This document shows, piece after piece, positions 54,388-64,000 of a stretch of 64,000 bases of DNA; position 1 is the stretch's first letter, and each line of letters opens with the position of its first letter. The stretch comes from an uncultured Thermoplasmata archaeon (GTDB taxonomy: Archaea > Thermoplasmatota > Thermoplasmata > RBG-16-68-12). The notes below the pieces were generated by a model, which was given only the letters and a program-made list of their open reading frames with translations, had not been told where the DNA came from and searched no databases. A program made the position numbers and the translations under genes. The stretch spans positions 320,001-384,000 of the forward strand of contig CAVYJM010000011.1 in the NCBI GenBank assembly GCA_963768855.1, given 5' to 3'.

Positions 54388-55527
54388 TCATGTCTGCTCG
54401 AGGAGGGAGGTGAGCAGCCCGTCCGTCCCGATCGCCTCGGACGGCATGCCTCTCCAGTCCGCGAGGACGGGCTGGTTGTCCCGCTCGTACCCCAGGAGGA
54501 GATCGCGCATGTGCCGGCGCAACTGGTCGTTCTCCTCTCCTTGTAGGATCACGGTCAGGTAGGCGTACCGGCCGCGTTCCATGACGAGCGTGTAGTCCCC
54601 GTGTTTGATCGCGCTCAGCGAACCGCGCAGGGTCGGGAAGGAGGTGCGCATGAAGTTCTGGATCACGTCGAGCGTCGCGCTGAACAGGTCCTGGTCGATG
54701 ACCTTCTCCCCGGGTCGGACCTTCGCGCCGATCAGGGTGCCGTCCGTGAAGATCACGAAGGCCGCCTTGATGTTGTAGCGGCTTGCCTTCCACCGCCGCA
54801 CCGCAACGGAGAACCGCTCCGTGCTCAGAGGCGACAGGGTCACGACCGAGACGATTCCCGGGAGGACGAGCCCGGTGGAGAAGAGCGGGAGGAACTGGTA
54901 ATTCCCGAGCCCGCGCGTCACGTTCGTCAGCCCTCCGAGGGCCAGGGCGAGGAGGGTCGAGACGAGCAGGCCGAGCATCCGGCGGCGGAGCTTCGTCGTC
55001 TGGTCCGCCACCTCCCGATAGGTTCGCAGGAGGAAGTACGCGGCGAGGCCGGCGTAGGCCACCACGCCCACCACCCAAGTGATGAACACGGTCTTGTCCC
55101 AGGAGCCGAGCCAGGGCGGCCCGAACAGCGCGCCGGGCGACGAGTCGAGGGGCTGGATCATGCCCAGGTTCGGGACGAGACCCGCCCACACGAGCGCGAT
55201 GAGGCCGACCGCGGGCACGAACGCGAGCAGGTACCCGGTCCGCATCCTCGTGTAGAAGACGAGGGAGAAGAGGAAGATGAAGCAGACACTGAGGGTGAGG
55301 ACGCTGAAGCCAAGCAGGGCGGCGGTTCTGGCTTGCATCTGGTCCGGCGAAGTGAAGAAGAGGACATCGGCAAAGGCGTACGCCCCGACGAAAATGCAGC
55401 CGGCGAGGAAGAACACCTCGGTCCACGTACGATAGCGGTCGCGATAGACCTGGTAGAGGGCGAGGCCCCACCACACGCCGACCGTGGCGAGGGGCAACCA
55501 CTGCTGGCCGGGGATGGGGAGGGCCAT
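54388..55527 (-). CDS. 7TM sensor-like protein fused to roadblock/longin-like domain (paralog 2)
   Basis: YRTWTEVFF motif, 7 TM; C-terminal DQDLFSATLDVIQNFMRTSFP...GEENDQLRR. Confidence 0.87.
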   Translation of the reverse strand: MALPIPGQQWLPLATVGVWWGLALYQVYRDRYRTWTEVFFLAGCIFVGAYAFADVLFFTSPDQMQARTAALLGFSVLTLSVCFIFLFSLVFYTRMRTGYLLAFVPAVGLIALVWAGLVPNLGMIQPLDSSPGALFGPPWLGSWDKTVFITWVVGVVAYAGLAAYFLLRTYREVADQTTKLRRRMLGLLVSTLLALALGGLTNVTRGLGNYQFLPLFSTGLVLPGIVSVVTLSPLSTERFSVAVRRWKASRYNIKAAFVIFTDGTLIGAKVRPGEKVIDQDLFSATLDVIQNFMRTSFPTLRGSLSAIKHGDYTLVMERGRYAYLTVILQGEENDQLRRHMRDLLLGYERDNQPVLADWRGMPSEAIGTDGLLTSLLEQT

Positions 55528-55637
55528 GGAAACCAAGGGGTAGTTTCCCAACCTTCGCAAGGTATGTTAAAGCCTTCGACGTGATTTTCCGTCGCAAGAA
55601 GAGCCCGGGGCGCGCAACGGCTAAGGCGGTGGGTCCG

Positions 55638-56665
55638 ATGCCCCGTCCACGAAGGTCCGGATCGCGGGCGCGGGTCCCGCAGGCCTCAGCGCGGCCTGCG
55701 TCCTCGCCGAGGGGGGAGCTGAGGTGGAGGTCTTCGATCGAGGACCCGCCCTCGGGTCGAAAGAGGCCGATTTCTCCGCAGGTCTGCGGAACTACGCCGG
55801 CCGGGACGCCCTCGAGGAACTTGCGTCCTACGGCGTGCCGGTCCGTCCGTTCGCCACCGCGCAGAAAACGATCCGGCATTCGCCGCGGTTCGCGAACGTG
55901 CTCCATGGCCCCTCCTACTTCATCCTGGCCCGCGGCGCGGGGCCGACCACGGTCGAGCGCCAGCTCTTCGACCGGGCCGTGCGGGCGGGAGCTCGGGTGC
56001 GGTTCGGGACGGCGAAGGATCCTCAGGACGTGGACATCGTGGCCGCGGGACGGCCCACCGGTCCGCCGTCCCTCCTCGGCGTGGGGTTCACGTTCTCGCG
56101 GGAGGGGAGCCCGATGGACGACACGACGCTCTACGCCCTCCTCGATAACTCGATCGCGCCCGCCGGCTACTTCGCCCTCGCCCCGGGGCCTGAGGCTTGC
56201 ACGCTCTACGCCGTCTCCTGGACGGATCTGGATCTGGAGAGCATGCGGTCGCGCGTCGAGGCCTCGCTCCAGATTCCCTGGGTGAGGGAGCTCGTCGGAT
56301 CGAGCCGCCGGCTTCAGCGGATCGAGTGCGGCGCCTACTTCGCGCGGGACCCGATCGCCGATGCGGTGGCCCCGTCGGGCGCGCTCCGGGTCGGAGAGGC
56401 CGCCGGCTTCCTCGATGCGATCGGCGGCTATGGCGTCCGGTACGCGTTGATCACGGGAGCCCTCGCGGCGAAGTCGGTCCTCGACCGGTCCGACTATCCT
56501 GCCCTCCTGCGGCAGGCGTTCGGCACTGAGTTCGAGGAAGCCTTCGCGTTCAGGCAGCAGTTGAACCGCGCGACGAACGAGGACATGGACCGCCTCGTGG
56601 CGTCCATGGGGCCGGAGATGGATCTGGCCGCGTACCAACAGCACCGGTCCTCCCGACTCCTGTGA
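55638..56665 (+). CDS. Geranylgeranyl-reductase-like FAD oxidoreductase; 5' end lacks an in-frame start (possible frameshift)
   Basis: The frame of ORF 55724 extends upstream to KVRIAGAGPAGLSAA (GxGxxG) but meets TAA at 55622 without a start; ATG 55638 is out of frame. Also IAPAGY and GEAAGFLD..GYGVRYA..TG.LAA. Confidence 0.8.
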
Positions 56666-56706
56666 CCCGCGCAAGCTTATTCTGGGGATCCCACCATCGT
56701 GCCGCG

Positions 56707-57726
56707 ATGGCCGATTCGGTCCGCGTCGCAGGGGCCGGCCTTGGAGGTCTGACCGCGGCACTCGTGCTCGCGCGAGCGGGGCGGACGGTCGAGGTCTTCG
56801 ACCCGAAGACGGCGCTGCTCCCCAGCTCGGGCCCGCACACGGAAGGCATCCGGAACTACCGCAAGTTGGACGCTCTCGAGGAACTGCGGTCCGTGGGCTT
56901 CGATTTTTCGCCGTTCTCGACCGTCCAGCGGACGATTCGCGCCGCGCCGCACGCCCGAACCGAGCTCCTCGGCCCCGCGCACTACCTGTTCCAGCGGGGC
57001 CGTGAACCCGAATCCGTCGATCAGGTCCTCTTCCGTCGGGCCCAGGAGGCCGGGGTCCGGTTCCACTTCGGCGCCTCCCTCGGCGCCGATGATGCAGACA
57101 TCGTCGCGACCGGTCCTCCGAAGGACGAGACCCAGATCCTCGGCGCGGGCTACACGTTCTCGGCCACGGGTAGCTCCCTGACGCGCGACGTCGCATGCGC
57201 CCTCTTCGACAACGAGGTCGCACCAGCCGGATACCTGGCCATCACGCCCGGCATCGACTACCACTCGATCTACAGCGTCTCCTGGTCCGAGTTCGACTAC
57301 GCGCGGCTCCTCGCTCGCGTCCACAAGGCGTTCGAGGTCCCCTGGGTCAAGGCGATTCTCGGGACGAGCACCTGGGTCGGCAAGATCCACGGCCGCGCAC
57401 ATTTCGTCCGAGATCCGATCGCGGACGCGGAGCGGGGCGGGGTGCTGTATGTCGGCGAGGCCGGAGGCTTCCAGGACGCCGTTGCGGGCTTCGGCTTCCG
57501 GTACGCGGCGATGACGGGCGCGCTCGCCGCACGGTCCATCCTGGAGGGCCGGGACTATCGTGGACTCCTGCGCCAGGCCTTCGGCAACGAGTTCGTGGAG
57601 TCCTGGGTCTTCCGGGAGAAGCTGAACGCCGCGACGAACGAGGACTATGACCGGATGTTCGCGGCCCTTGGCCCCGAGATCACCCTCGAGGCGTACGTCG
57701 CCCAGCGTGGCTCCCGCGGGTTCTGA
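56707..57726 (+). CDS. Geranylgeranyl-reductase-like FAD oxidoreductase (paralog 2)
   Basis: MADSVRVAGAGLGGL, VAPAGY, VGEAGGFQD..GFGFRYA.MTG.LAA; tandem paralog of the upstream gene. Confidence 0.88.
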   Translation: MADSVRVAGAGLGGLTAALVLARAGRTVEVFDPKTALLPSSGPHTEGIRNYRKLDALEELRSVGFDFSPFSTVQRTIRAAPHARTELLGPAHYLFQRGREPESVDQVLFRRAQEAGVRFHFGASLGADDADIVATGPPKDETQILGAGYTFSATGSSLTRDVACALFDNEVAPAGYLAITPGIDYHSIYSVSWSEFDYARLLARVHKAFEVPWVKAILGTSTWVGKIHGRAHFVRDPIADAERGGVLYVGEAGGFQDAVAGFGFRYAAMTGALAARSILEGRDYRGLLRQAFGNEFVESWVFREKLNAATNEDYDRMFAALGPEITLEAYVAQRGSRGF

Positions 57727-57728
57727 AC

Positions 57729-59489
57729 TCATGCGCCGCCGGGCTTCACGGCCTTGAGCTGTCCGCGGTACATCTCGAGCAGCTCTTTCTGGGAGGTCGC
57801 GTCCTCGGGCTTCTTGTCGTCGCGCCACTTGCCGGTGAACCGGGGGAACCGGACGGCAAGGCCCGCGCCCTTGCGGACCGCATCGCGGGCGCACGTGTGG
57901 ACCGGGCTGACCGTGATCTCCGCACCCTTGACCTCGAGGACGAACCGCGGCTCGAACCAGACGTCGGGTGTGAGCGCGGAATCCACGCGGGCGTGCCGGT
58001 GCGGGACGACCGCGTCCTGGAATCGGTCCTTCAAGCCGAACAGGGTCTCGTCGTCGAAGCCCGTGCCGAGCTTGCAGGTCGTGCGGAACACGTCCGCCTG
58101 GTCATCGTAGGCGGCCATGAGCAACGCACCGTACGTGCCGGCGCGCTTCCCCCGCCCCGCGAACGCGCCGACCGCCACGAGATCGATCGTGTCGCTCAGC
58201 TCCGTGCTGTATTCCTTCTTGAACTTGATCCACTGAAAGCCGCGGGCGCCCGCGTCGTACGTCGAGGAGAGGGCCTTCGCCATGAGGCCCTCGCACCCCG
58301 CCTGGAGGGCCTCGTCGAAGAACGCCTCCGCGGCCTTGACGTCCGCGGTGACCTTGTACGTCGCGCGCCGCACGCGCTCGTTCTCCTTCAGGATCCCGTC
58401 CAGGGCCTTCCTCCGCTCGACATACGTACGAATCGTGAGGTCCTCTCCCTCCAGGAAGAGGCAGTCGAAGGTGAACAGGGTCACGGGGAACTCCTGCGAC
58501 ATCCGGTCCACGTCCGTCTTCCGTCCGCGACGGCGGCTGACCTCCTGGAACGGGAGGAACTCGCCCGTGTTTGCGTCGACGGGGACCGCCTCGCCCTCGA
58601 CGATCGCCTCTTTCGCGCGGATCGCGGTCCGCAGCCCTTCGACAATCTCGGGGAACTGCCCCGTGATGTTTTCGAGCTCCCGCGAGAAGAGCCGGATCTT
58701 GTCGTTCGAGATGTGCGCCTGGCACCGCAGGCCGTCGTACTTGTACTCGAGCGCGGGCTCCCCCATCCTCTCCATGATTTCCTGCAACGTGGGCAGCCGC
58801 TCCGCGAGCATGGAGCGGATTGGGCGGAAGAGCTGGAGATGGATTGCATCGGCGCCCGCGAGCCCGTTCTCGGCGAGGGCGCGGGCCACCTCGCCCAGGT
58901 CGGACGACACGTTGTACGCGCGCTCGACGCGGTCCCGCTCCTCCTTCGTCGCGAAGGTGGCCGCAAGGGCGTCCACGATCGTCATGTCCGCGACCCCGAG
59001 GCGCATCTTGCCCACGACGATCCGCACGAGGTAGCGCGCCTCCTTCGGTTCCGCGTCAGTCAGGAGCTCCGCGAGGAGCCGCAGCTTCTTCTCCTGCGAA
59101 CCGGATCCACCGGTGGTCGCGATCTCCTTCAGGTTCTCGTAGACCTTCGCGATGGTCAGCGGCTCGGAGGTGAGCGAGGTCTGCTTCTTCCCGCGGAGGC
59201 GCTCCTCTGCCACGAGCCCGAGATCGCCGGAGGCCTTCCAGGCCTTCTCGATGTCCTCGTCCCGGTCCCCGGTGGCCTGAGCGATTGCGCGGATCGCGAG
59301 CTTCTCCGCGACGCCGAGCTCGATCCCTGCGTAGCCCGGATAGACCCGGCCCTGCGTGAGGTAGACGACCGGTTCCAGATCGGGCTTGGGCACCTGCCTG
59401 AACAGGCTGACGAGGAGGTCGGTCATCTCGAGGCGCTTCGTCGTGGCCTCGAGCTTCTCGTACGCGTCGACCAGGGTCGCGTACTGCAT
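57729..59489 (-). CDS. lig: ATP-dependent DNA ligase (archaeal)
   Basis: MLAERL, EYKYDGLR.Q.H (adenylation Lys), EGLMAK, W.KFK, DTIDL, RFPRF. Confidence 0.98.
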   Translation of the reverse strand: MQYATLVDAYEKLEATTKRLEMTDLLVSLFRQVPKPDLEPVVYLTQGRVYPGYAGIELGVAEKLAIRAIAQATGDRDEDIEKAWKASGDLGLVAEERLRGKKQTSLTSEPLTIAKVYENLKEIATTGGSGSQEKKLRLLAELLTDAEPKEARYLVRIVVGKMRLGVADMTIVDALAATFATKEERDRVERAYNVSSDLGEVARALAENGLAGADAIHLQLFRPIRSMLAERLPTLQEIMERMGEPALEYKYDGLRCQAHISNDKIRLFSRELENITGQFPEIVEGLRTAIRAKEAIVEGEAVPVDANTGEFLPFQEVSRRRGRKTDVDRMSQEFPVTLFTFDCLFLEGEDLTIRTYVERRKALDGILKENERVRRATYKVTADVKAAEAFFDEALQAGCEGLMAKALSSTYDAGARGFQWIKFKKEYSTELSDTIDLVAVGAFAGRGKRAGTYGALLMAAYDDQADVFRTTCKLGTGFDDETLFGLKDRFQDAVVPHRHARVDSALTPDVWFEPRFVLEVKGAEITVSPVHTCARDAVRKGAGLAVRFPRFTGKWRDDKKPEDATSQKELLEMYRGQLKAVKPGGA

Positions 59490-59532
59490 CGGCCGGGCTA
59501 GGCAGGACGACGGCTTAAGCGTGGCGGGAGGG

Positions 59533-60876
59533 TCACCGGGACTTCGCGACCACGGCGGCGACGATCTCCTCGCTCTTCCCGGTGTAGCGGTCCGGGCGCA
59601 TGGCCTCGTCGATCTCCTTGTCGGTGAGGTGGGCCTTGATCCGCTTGTCCGCCTTCAGCGCGTCCCGGAGGTGGCGGCCCTCCGCGCGGGCTCTCATCGC
59701 GACCTCCCGGACGAGGCGGTGCGCTTCCTGGCGGCCCAGCCCCTTGCGCGTCAAGGCGATCATCACGGACTCCGACATGACCTGCCCCTTCGTCGCCTCG
59801 AGGTTCTCCTTCATGCGCTCCGGGTACACGCGCAGGTCTCGGAAGATCTCGATGCTCCGGGCGAGCATCTCGTCAAGCAGGACGCAGGCGTGCGGGATCA
59901 GGATGCGTTCGGACGCGCTGTTCGTCAGGTCCCGCTCGTGCCACAGCGCGACGTTCTCGTACGCGGGGATGACGAAGGACCGGACGATTCGCGCGAGGGA
60001 GACCACGTTCTCCGCGTTGACCGGGTTCTCTTTCTGGGCCATCGTCGAGCTGCCGACCTGCTTGGTCGACTCGAACGCCTCCGCGGCCTCGCCGATTTCG
60101 TTCCGCTGGAGGTTCCGCACTTCGGTCGCGAACTTCTCCAGGGAGGACGCGACGTTCGCGAGGACCGCGATGAACTCTGCGTAGCGGTCGCGCCCGACCA
60201 CCTGGGTGGACGCCTCGTCCACGCCGACGCCAAGGTCCGCCATGACGGCCGACTGAATCTCGAGGGCCTTCGGGCCGAACGCCGCGCCCGTGCCCACCGC
60301 GCCGGACATCTTGCCGACGACCACGCGCTTCGTCATCTCGACGATCCGTTCGCGGTGGCGGTCCACCTCGGCGGTGTACACGGCCATCTTCAGTCCGAAG
60401 GTGATCGGGATCGCCGCCTGCCCGTGGGTCCGTCCGAGCATGACTGTGCCCTTGTGCTTCTTCGCGAGGTCCGCGAGGGCCTGCGCCAGGGTTGCGAGAT
60501 CGTCGTCCACAATCGCGATCGCGTCGCGTAGCTGCAACGCCGTCGCCGTGTCCGAGATGTCGTTGCTCGTCGCCCCGAAGTGGACGAACTTCCCCGCCTC
60601 AGGGCCGCTCGCCTCGGTCAGCGCGAGGACGACGGCCATGATGTCGTGGCGGGTCTCCTTCTCGAGCTCGGACACCCGGTCGACGGTCACGTCCTTCGTG
60701 GTCGCATGCTTCGTGATGCCCTTCGCCGCGGGGGCTGGGATCAGGCCCGCCTTCGCCTCGGCCCGGGCCAACGCCGCTTCCACGTCGAGGAGCCGCTGGA
60801 GTCGGGTCTCTTCCTCGAAGACGGCTTTCATCTTCGGGCGTCCGTAGCGGAAGTCGATCGGGCAGAGGAGCGACAT
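59533..60876 (-). CDS. purB: Adenylosuccinate lyase
   Basis: PIDFRYG, HFGATSND, GRTHGQ.A.P.T.G, GSSTMAQKENP, ERDLTNS. Confidence 0.97.
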   Translation of the reverse strand: MSLLCPIDFRYGRPKMKAVFEEETRLQRLLDVEAALARAEAKAGLIPAPAAKGITKHATTKDVTVDRVSELEKETRHDIMAVVLALTEASGPEAGKFVHFGATSNDISDTATALQLRDAIAIVDDDLATLAQALADLAKKHKGTVMLGRTHGQAAIPITFGLKMAVYTAEVDRHRERIVEMTKRVVVGKMSGAVGTGAAFGPKALEIQSAVMADLGVGVDEASTQVVGRDRYAEFIAVLANVASSLEKFATEVRNLQRNEIGEAAEAFESTKQVGSSTMAQKENPVNAENVVSLARIVRSFVIPAYENVALWHERDLTNSASERILIPHACVLLDEMLARSIEIFRDLRVYPERMKENLEATKGQVMSESVMIALTRKGLGRQEAHRLVREVAMRARAEGRHLRDALKADKRIKAHLTDKEIDEAMRPDRYTGKSEEIVAAVVAKSR

Positions 60877-60982
60877 GGCCTTCCCGCACGGGGAACCGCA
60901 CGGGCCGTTATGGAGCTTTCCTCCCGGCGGCTGCGAGGCCGGGGACCACCGGTCACCGCCCTGCCGGGACGGCGCGGCCCGT

Positions 60983-61654
60983 CTACGCGCGGCGGACGGG
61001 ACTGCCATGCCCAGGGAGGAGAACCGGCGCGTCGAGGGTCGTGAGCTTGCGGTACGAATCGAGCGCTGCCTCGCGGTCCTCCACGACGATCGGCGGCTCG
61101 GGCTTTCCCTGCCGGCCGTTCACCGCGTCCCCGGCGAACAGGATGCCAGCGGAGCGGGCGTAGAAGGTGCACGATCCGAGCGTGTGCCCGGGCGCATGAA
61201 TGACCTCGATGGGCCAGCCGAGGACGTCCAGGACCTCGCCGCCTTGGAGGATGCGGTCCGTCTCGAGGGGAGGCCCTCGCATGAACGGAGTGAAGACGCC
61301 CATCAGGGCGGCGACGACCATCATCGACGGCCGCGTGCCGTGCGTCCGTCGGCGCTCGCGACGGGCCGCGACCGGGGCGTCGAGCGCATGGAGGTCGACC
61401 TGGGCTCGGCTCTCGCGCTTCCACACCGCCGCCGTGCCGATGTGGTCGACGTGGTGGTGGGTGAGCAGGAGCATGGAGACGTCCTGCACCTCCTTGCCGA
61501 GCTCCCGGAGCCCGCGGCGGATCGGTTCTTCCGCACGGCGCGTCCCCGTGTCCACGAGGACGACCTTGCCGAGGTCGAGGAGGTAGAGGTTGACGAAGCG
61601 GTCCTCGAGACGGTACACCTGGTCCGCGATGCGCTGGAGGACGTCGGCGGCCAC
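60983..61654 (-). CDS. MBL-fold metallo-hydrolase
   Basis: LVDTG, THHHVDH, HAPGHT.GS, FAGDA, PGHG. Confidence 0.93.
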   Translation of the reverse strand: MAADVLQRIADQVYRLEDRFVNLYLLDLGKVVLVDTGTRRAEEPIRRGLRELGKEVQDVSMLLLTHHHVDHIGTAAVWKRESRAQVDLHALDAPVAARRERRRTHGTRPSMMVVAALMGVFTPFMRGPPLETDRILQGGEVLDVLGWPIEVIHAPGHTLGSCTFYARSAGILFAGDAVNGRQGKPEPPIVVEDREAALDSYRKLTTLDAPVLLPGHGSPVRRA

Positions 61655-61697
61655 GGATCAGGGAGCCGTGCGTCGCGGATAAGCCTCGCGGTCTCGA

Positions 61698-63707
61698 TCA
61701 GGGACCCGCGACCTCGGTCGGCAGGAGGAGGGAGAACGAGGCGCCCCGCCCCGGCTCGGACGCCAGTTCGATCCGCCCGCCGTGGGCCTCGGCGACGGCC
61801 TTCACGAAGAGCAGTCCGAGCCCGACCCCTTCGCCGTGCGGCTTCGTCGTGAAGAACGGCTGGAAGATCCGGTCCCGGTCCTGCGGCGAGATCCCCTTCC
61901 CCGTGTCCCGCACCGTGACGCACGCCCACTCCCCCTCGCGCCGCAGGGACACCGTCACGGTCCCCTTGTCCGTCGCCTGGTACGCGTTCTTGATCAGGTT
62001 GCCGACCGCCTGGGAGATCTTCAGCGCGTCGACGGTCATCGGGAGCGGCGCGTCGCCGACGTCGAGGTCAAGCGCCACGGCCGGTTTCCGGTAGGCGGCC
62101 ACTTGCTCCGCGGCGGCCCGAAGCAGGGTCGCGAGGTCCGCCTCCTGCCGGCGGATCTCCGTGGACCGGGTGAAGGTCATGATTTCCTCGATGATGCGGG
62201 CCGCGAGGCGCCGCTGGGCGTCGATCCGGTCGAGGCGCTCCCTCGTCGCATCCTCCTGGGTCTGGCGCCGGATGCTCGCGGTCAGCAGGGAGATGTTCGT
62301 CAGGGGCGTATTCAGCTCGTGGGCCACGTACGACGCGGTGCGGCCGATCGACGCGAGGCGCTCCGTCTCGAGGAGGGCCCGTTGAGCCTCCCGAAGGCTC
62401 GTGACGTCCACGAGGGTCGTGAGGATCGTCGGCTCGTCGGCGAGGGTCATCGGCTCGACGAACACGAGCGCGGTCCACGTCCGGCCCGACCTCGTCCGGA
62501 ACCGTTCCTCGACGCCGCGAACGCTCTCGCCCCGTCGCACGGGCTCCAAGATCCGGTCGCGCTGCGCCGCGTCGGACCAGATTTCGAGTTCGGGCGACGG
62601 TCGTCCGAGGACCTCGTACGGGGCGTACTCGCAGGCGCGGAGGAAGCTCGCGTTCGCCTCGATCACCCTGCCGTCCGCGAGGCGCGTGACCGCAGCGGGC
62701 ACCGGGCTGTTGTGGAAAGCCTTCGCGAACCGCTCCTCGGCCTTCCTCCGCTCGCTCTCGAGCCGCTCCGACTCGAGGAACTGTCCCATCCGATCCCCCA
62801 GGTCGGCCATGAGCTCGAGGAGTTGGGGATCCGGCTCGCGGGTGCTCCGGCTGAAGAAGACCATCACGCCGAGGACCCGCGGTCCGCGCCCGGTGATCGG
62901 GAAGGAGAGTCCCTGCCGCAGGCCGAGGTCCGCGCCGGATTGGCCGCGGGCGAAGTGCGTCCGGGGTGTCAGCTCCTCGAGCCACTCGGGGCGTCCGGTC
63001 GCCCAGGTGGTCCCCGGGATCCCGACCCCGCGCGGGACGGCGACGGTCCGGCTCGCGGCCTCGAACTCGGCGGAAGGGAACCCCGGGACGTGCCAGGCCG
63101 CCTGCCACCGCAGGCTCGTGCCCTCGGCGGACGCGATCCACAGTTCCCCGTACTCCCAGCTCGCTTCCTCGCAGACCGCCTGGAGGAGGCGCGGGATTGC
63201 CTCCCGAGCCGGGGCCGAGTCGTTCAGGACCCGGGTCACCGCGAACTCGGTCCGGAGGCGGCGCTCGAGCCGCAGCCGCTCCGTGATGTCGTGGCACAGC
63301 ACGAGGCGCGCGCGGTGGTCGTCGAAGTCGATCTCGCTCGCCAGGACCTCGACGTCGATGATGCTCCCGTCGCGCTTGAGATGCCTCCAGATCCCGATCG
63401 TCGTGGTGCCGCTGTCGAGCCGCCTGACCTCGTCCATGAGCGCGGGGATGTCCTCGGGCGGCCGGATGTCCTTGATCGTCATCCGGAGGAACTCGTTCCT
63501 CGAGTAGCCGTAGTGGGTGACCGCCGCGTCGTTGACGGCGAGGAAGTAGAGGGACTTGACATCGAACACCCACATCGGGAGCGGGTTCTTCTCGAACAGC
63601 AGGCGGTACGACTCCCTGATGAAGTGCATCCGACCGTTCCGTGGGCTCTCGGCTTCCCGCCGTTGGCTCGGGAACTCATCGGATGGTATGGGCTCGTTGC
63701 CGGGCAT
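61698..63707 (-). CDS. PAS-GAF-PAS sensor histidine kinase (start may be ATG 63629)
   Basis: Two PAS domains, GAF (GVGIPG..W), H-box VAHELNTPL, N-box NLIKNA, G1 DTGKG, FTTK, G2 GVGLGL. Confidence 0.95.
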   Translation of the reverse strand: MPGNEPIPSDEFPSQRREAESPRNGRMHFIRESYRLLFEKNPLPMWVFDVKSLYFLAVNDAAVTHYGYSRNEFLRMTIKDIRPPEDIPALMDEVRRLDSGTTTIGIWRHLKRDGSIIDVEVLASEIDFDDHRARLVLCHDITERLRLERRLRTEFAVTRVLNDSAPAREAIPRLLQAVCEEASWEYGELWIASAEGTSLRWQAAWHVPGFPSAEFEAASRTVAVPRGVGIPGTTWATGRPEWLEELTPRTHFARGQSGADLGLRQGLSFPITGRGPRVLGVMVFFSRSTREPDPQLLELMADLGDRMGQFLESERLESERRKAEERFAKAFHNSPVPAAVTRLADGRVIEANASFLRACEYAPYEVLGRPSPELEIWSDAAQRDRILEPVRRGESVRGVEERFRTRSGRTWTALVFVEPMTLADEPTILTTLVDVTSLREAQRALLETERLASIGRTASYVAHELNTPLTNISLLTASIRRQTQEDATRERLDRIDAQRRLAARIIEEIMTFTRSTEIRRQEADLATLLRAAAEQVAAYRKPAVALDLDVGDAPLPMTVDALKISQAVGNLIKNAYQATDKGTVTVSLRREGEWACVTVRDTGKGISPQDRDRIFQPFFTTKPHGEGVGLGLLFVKAVAEAHGGRIELASEPGRGASFSLLLPTEVAGP

Positions 63708-63847
63708 TGGAAAGGGTCAGCCGACCGGCCGTGGCCGCATCGCGCCCGGGGATACCATCCCCCGCGCGCGTATTTCCCCTTTGTGCAGTCGGATAAGGCA
63801 AGCCTAAAGAGTCGGATGGGCTCGCCCCCCATCCCCGGGCCGGGGGA

Positions 63848-64000
<153 letters not shown>

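Noticed and set aside
47904-60876. purA and purB flanking the prenyltransferase island as suppliers of adenosine
   Set aside because: Both are housekeeping genes, lig lies in between, and there is no sign of co-regulation; the link is too speculative.

Overview
This is a high-GC archaeal chromosomal segment. EF-1a, EF-2, uS7/uS12, RFC-S, archaeal GluRS, Hef, ATP-dependent ligase, DUF835 proteins and the pilin type point to Thermoplasmatota (inference). It holds about 55 real genes plus tRNA-Gly(GCC). Most long ORFs in the supplied track are antisense or off-frame shadows caused by the high GC. There is no CRISPR array, rRNA, integrase or transposase. Highlights: (1) A 49.3-57.7 kb island centred on a divergent cis-prenyltransferase-fold protein with Rv3378c-like motifs (DGTR, C-terminal KPRKLFVVG). 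It sits with a divergently transcribed RHH regulator and palindromic operators, three 7TM sensor-like proteins (one with two DUF835, two with a roadblock/longin-like output domain), a KaiC-like ATPase and two geranylgeranyl-reductase-like flavoproteins. This is a candidate isoprenoid-signal synthesis and sensing system. (2) A radical SAM gene with two inteins inserted 3 residues apart inside the CxxxCxxC motif. (3) The same roadblock/longin-like domain fused to REC or 7TM inputs three times. (4) A zinc-ribbon/SPFH/EF-hand-HtpX membrane-stress cluster. (5) A Nal1-like cytoplasmic serine protease paired with a small membrane protein. (6) Probable CTG start codons, a K+ channel homolog lacking the GYG filter, a probably inactive aminopeptidase, and two frameshifts. 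All family assignments come from motif recognition by eye; no searches were run.
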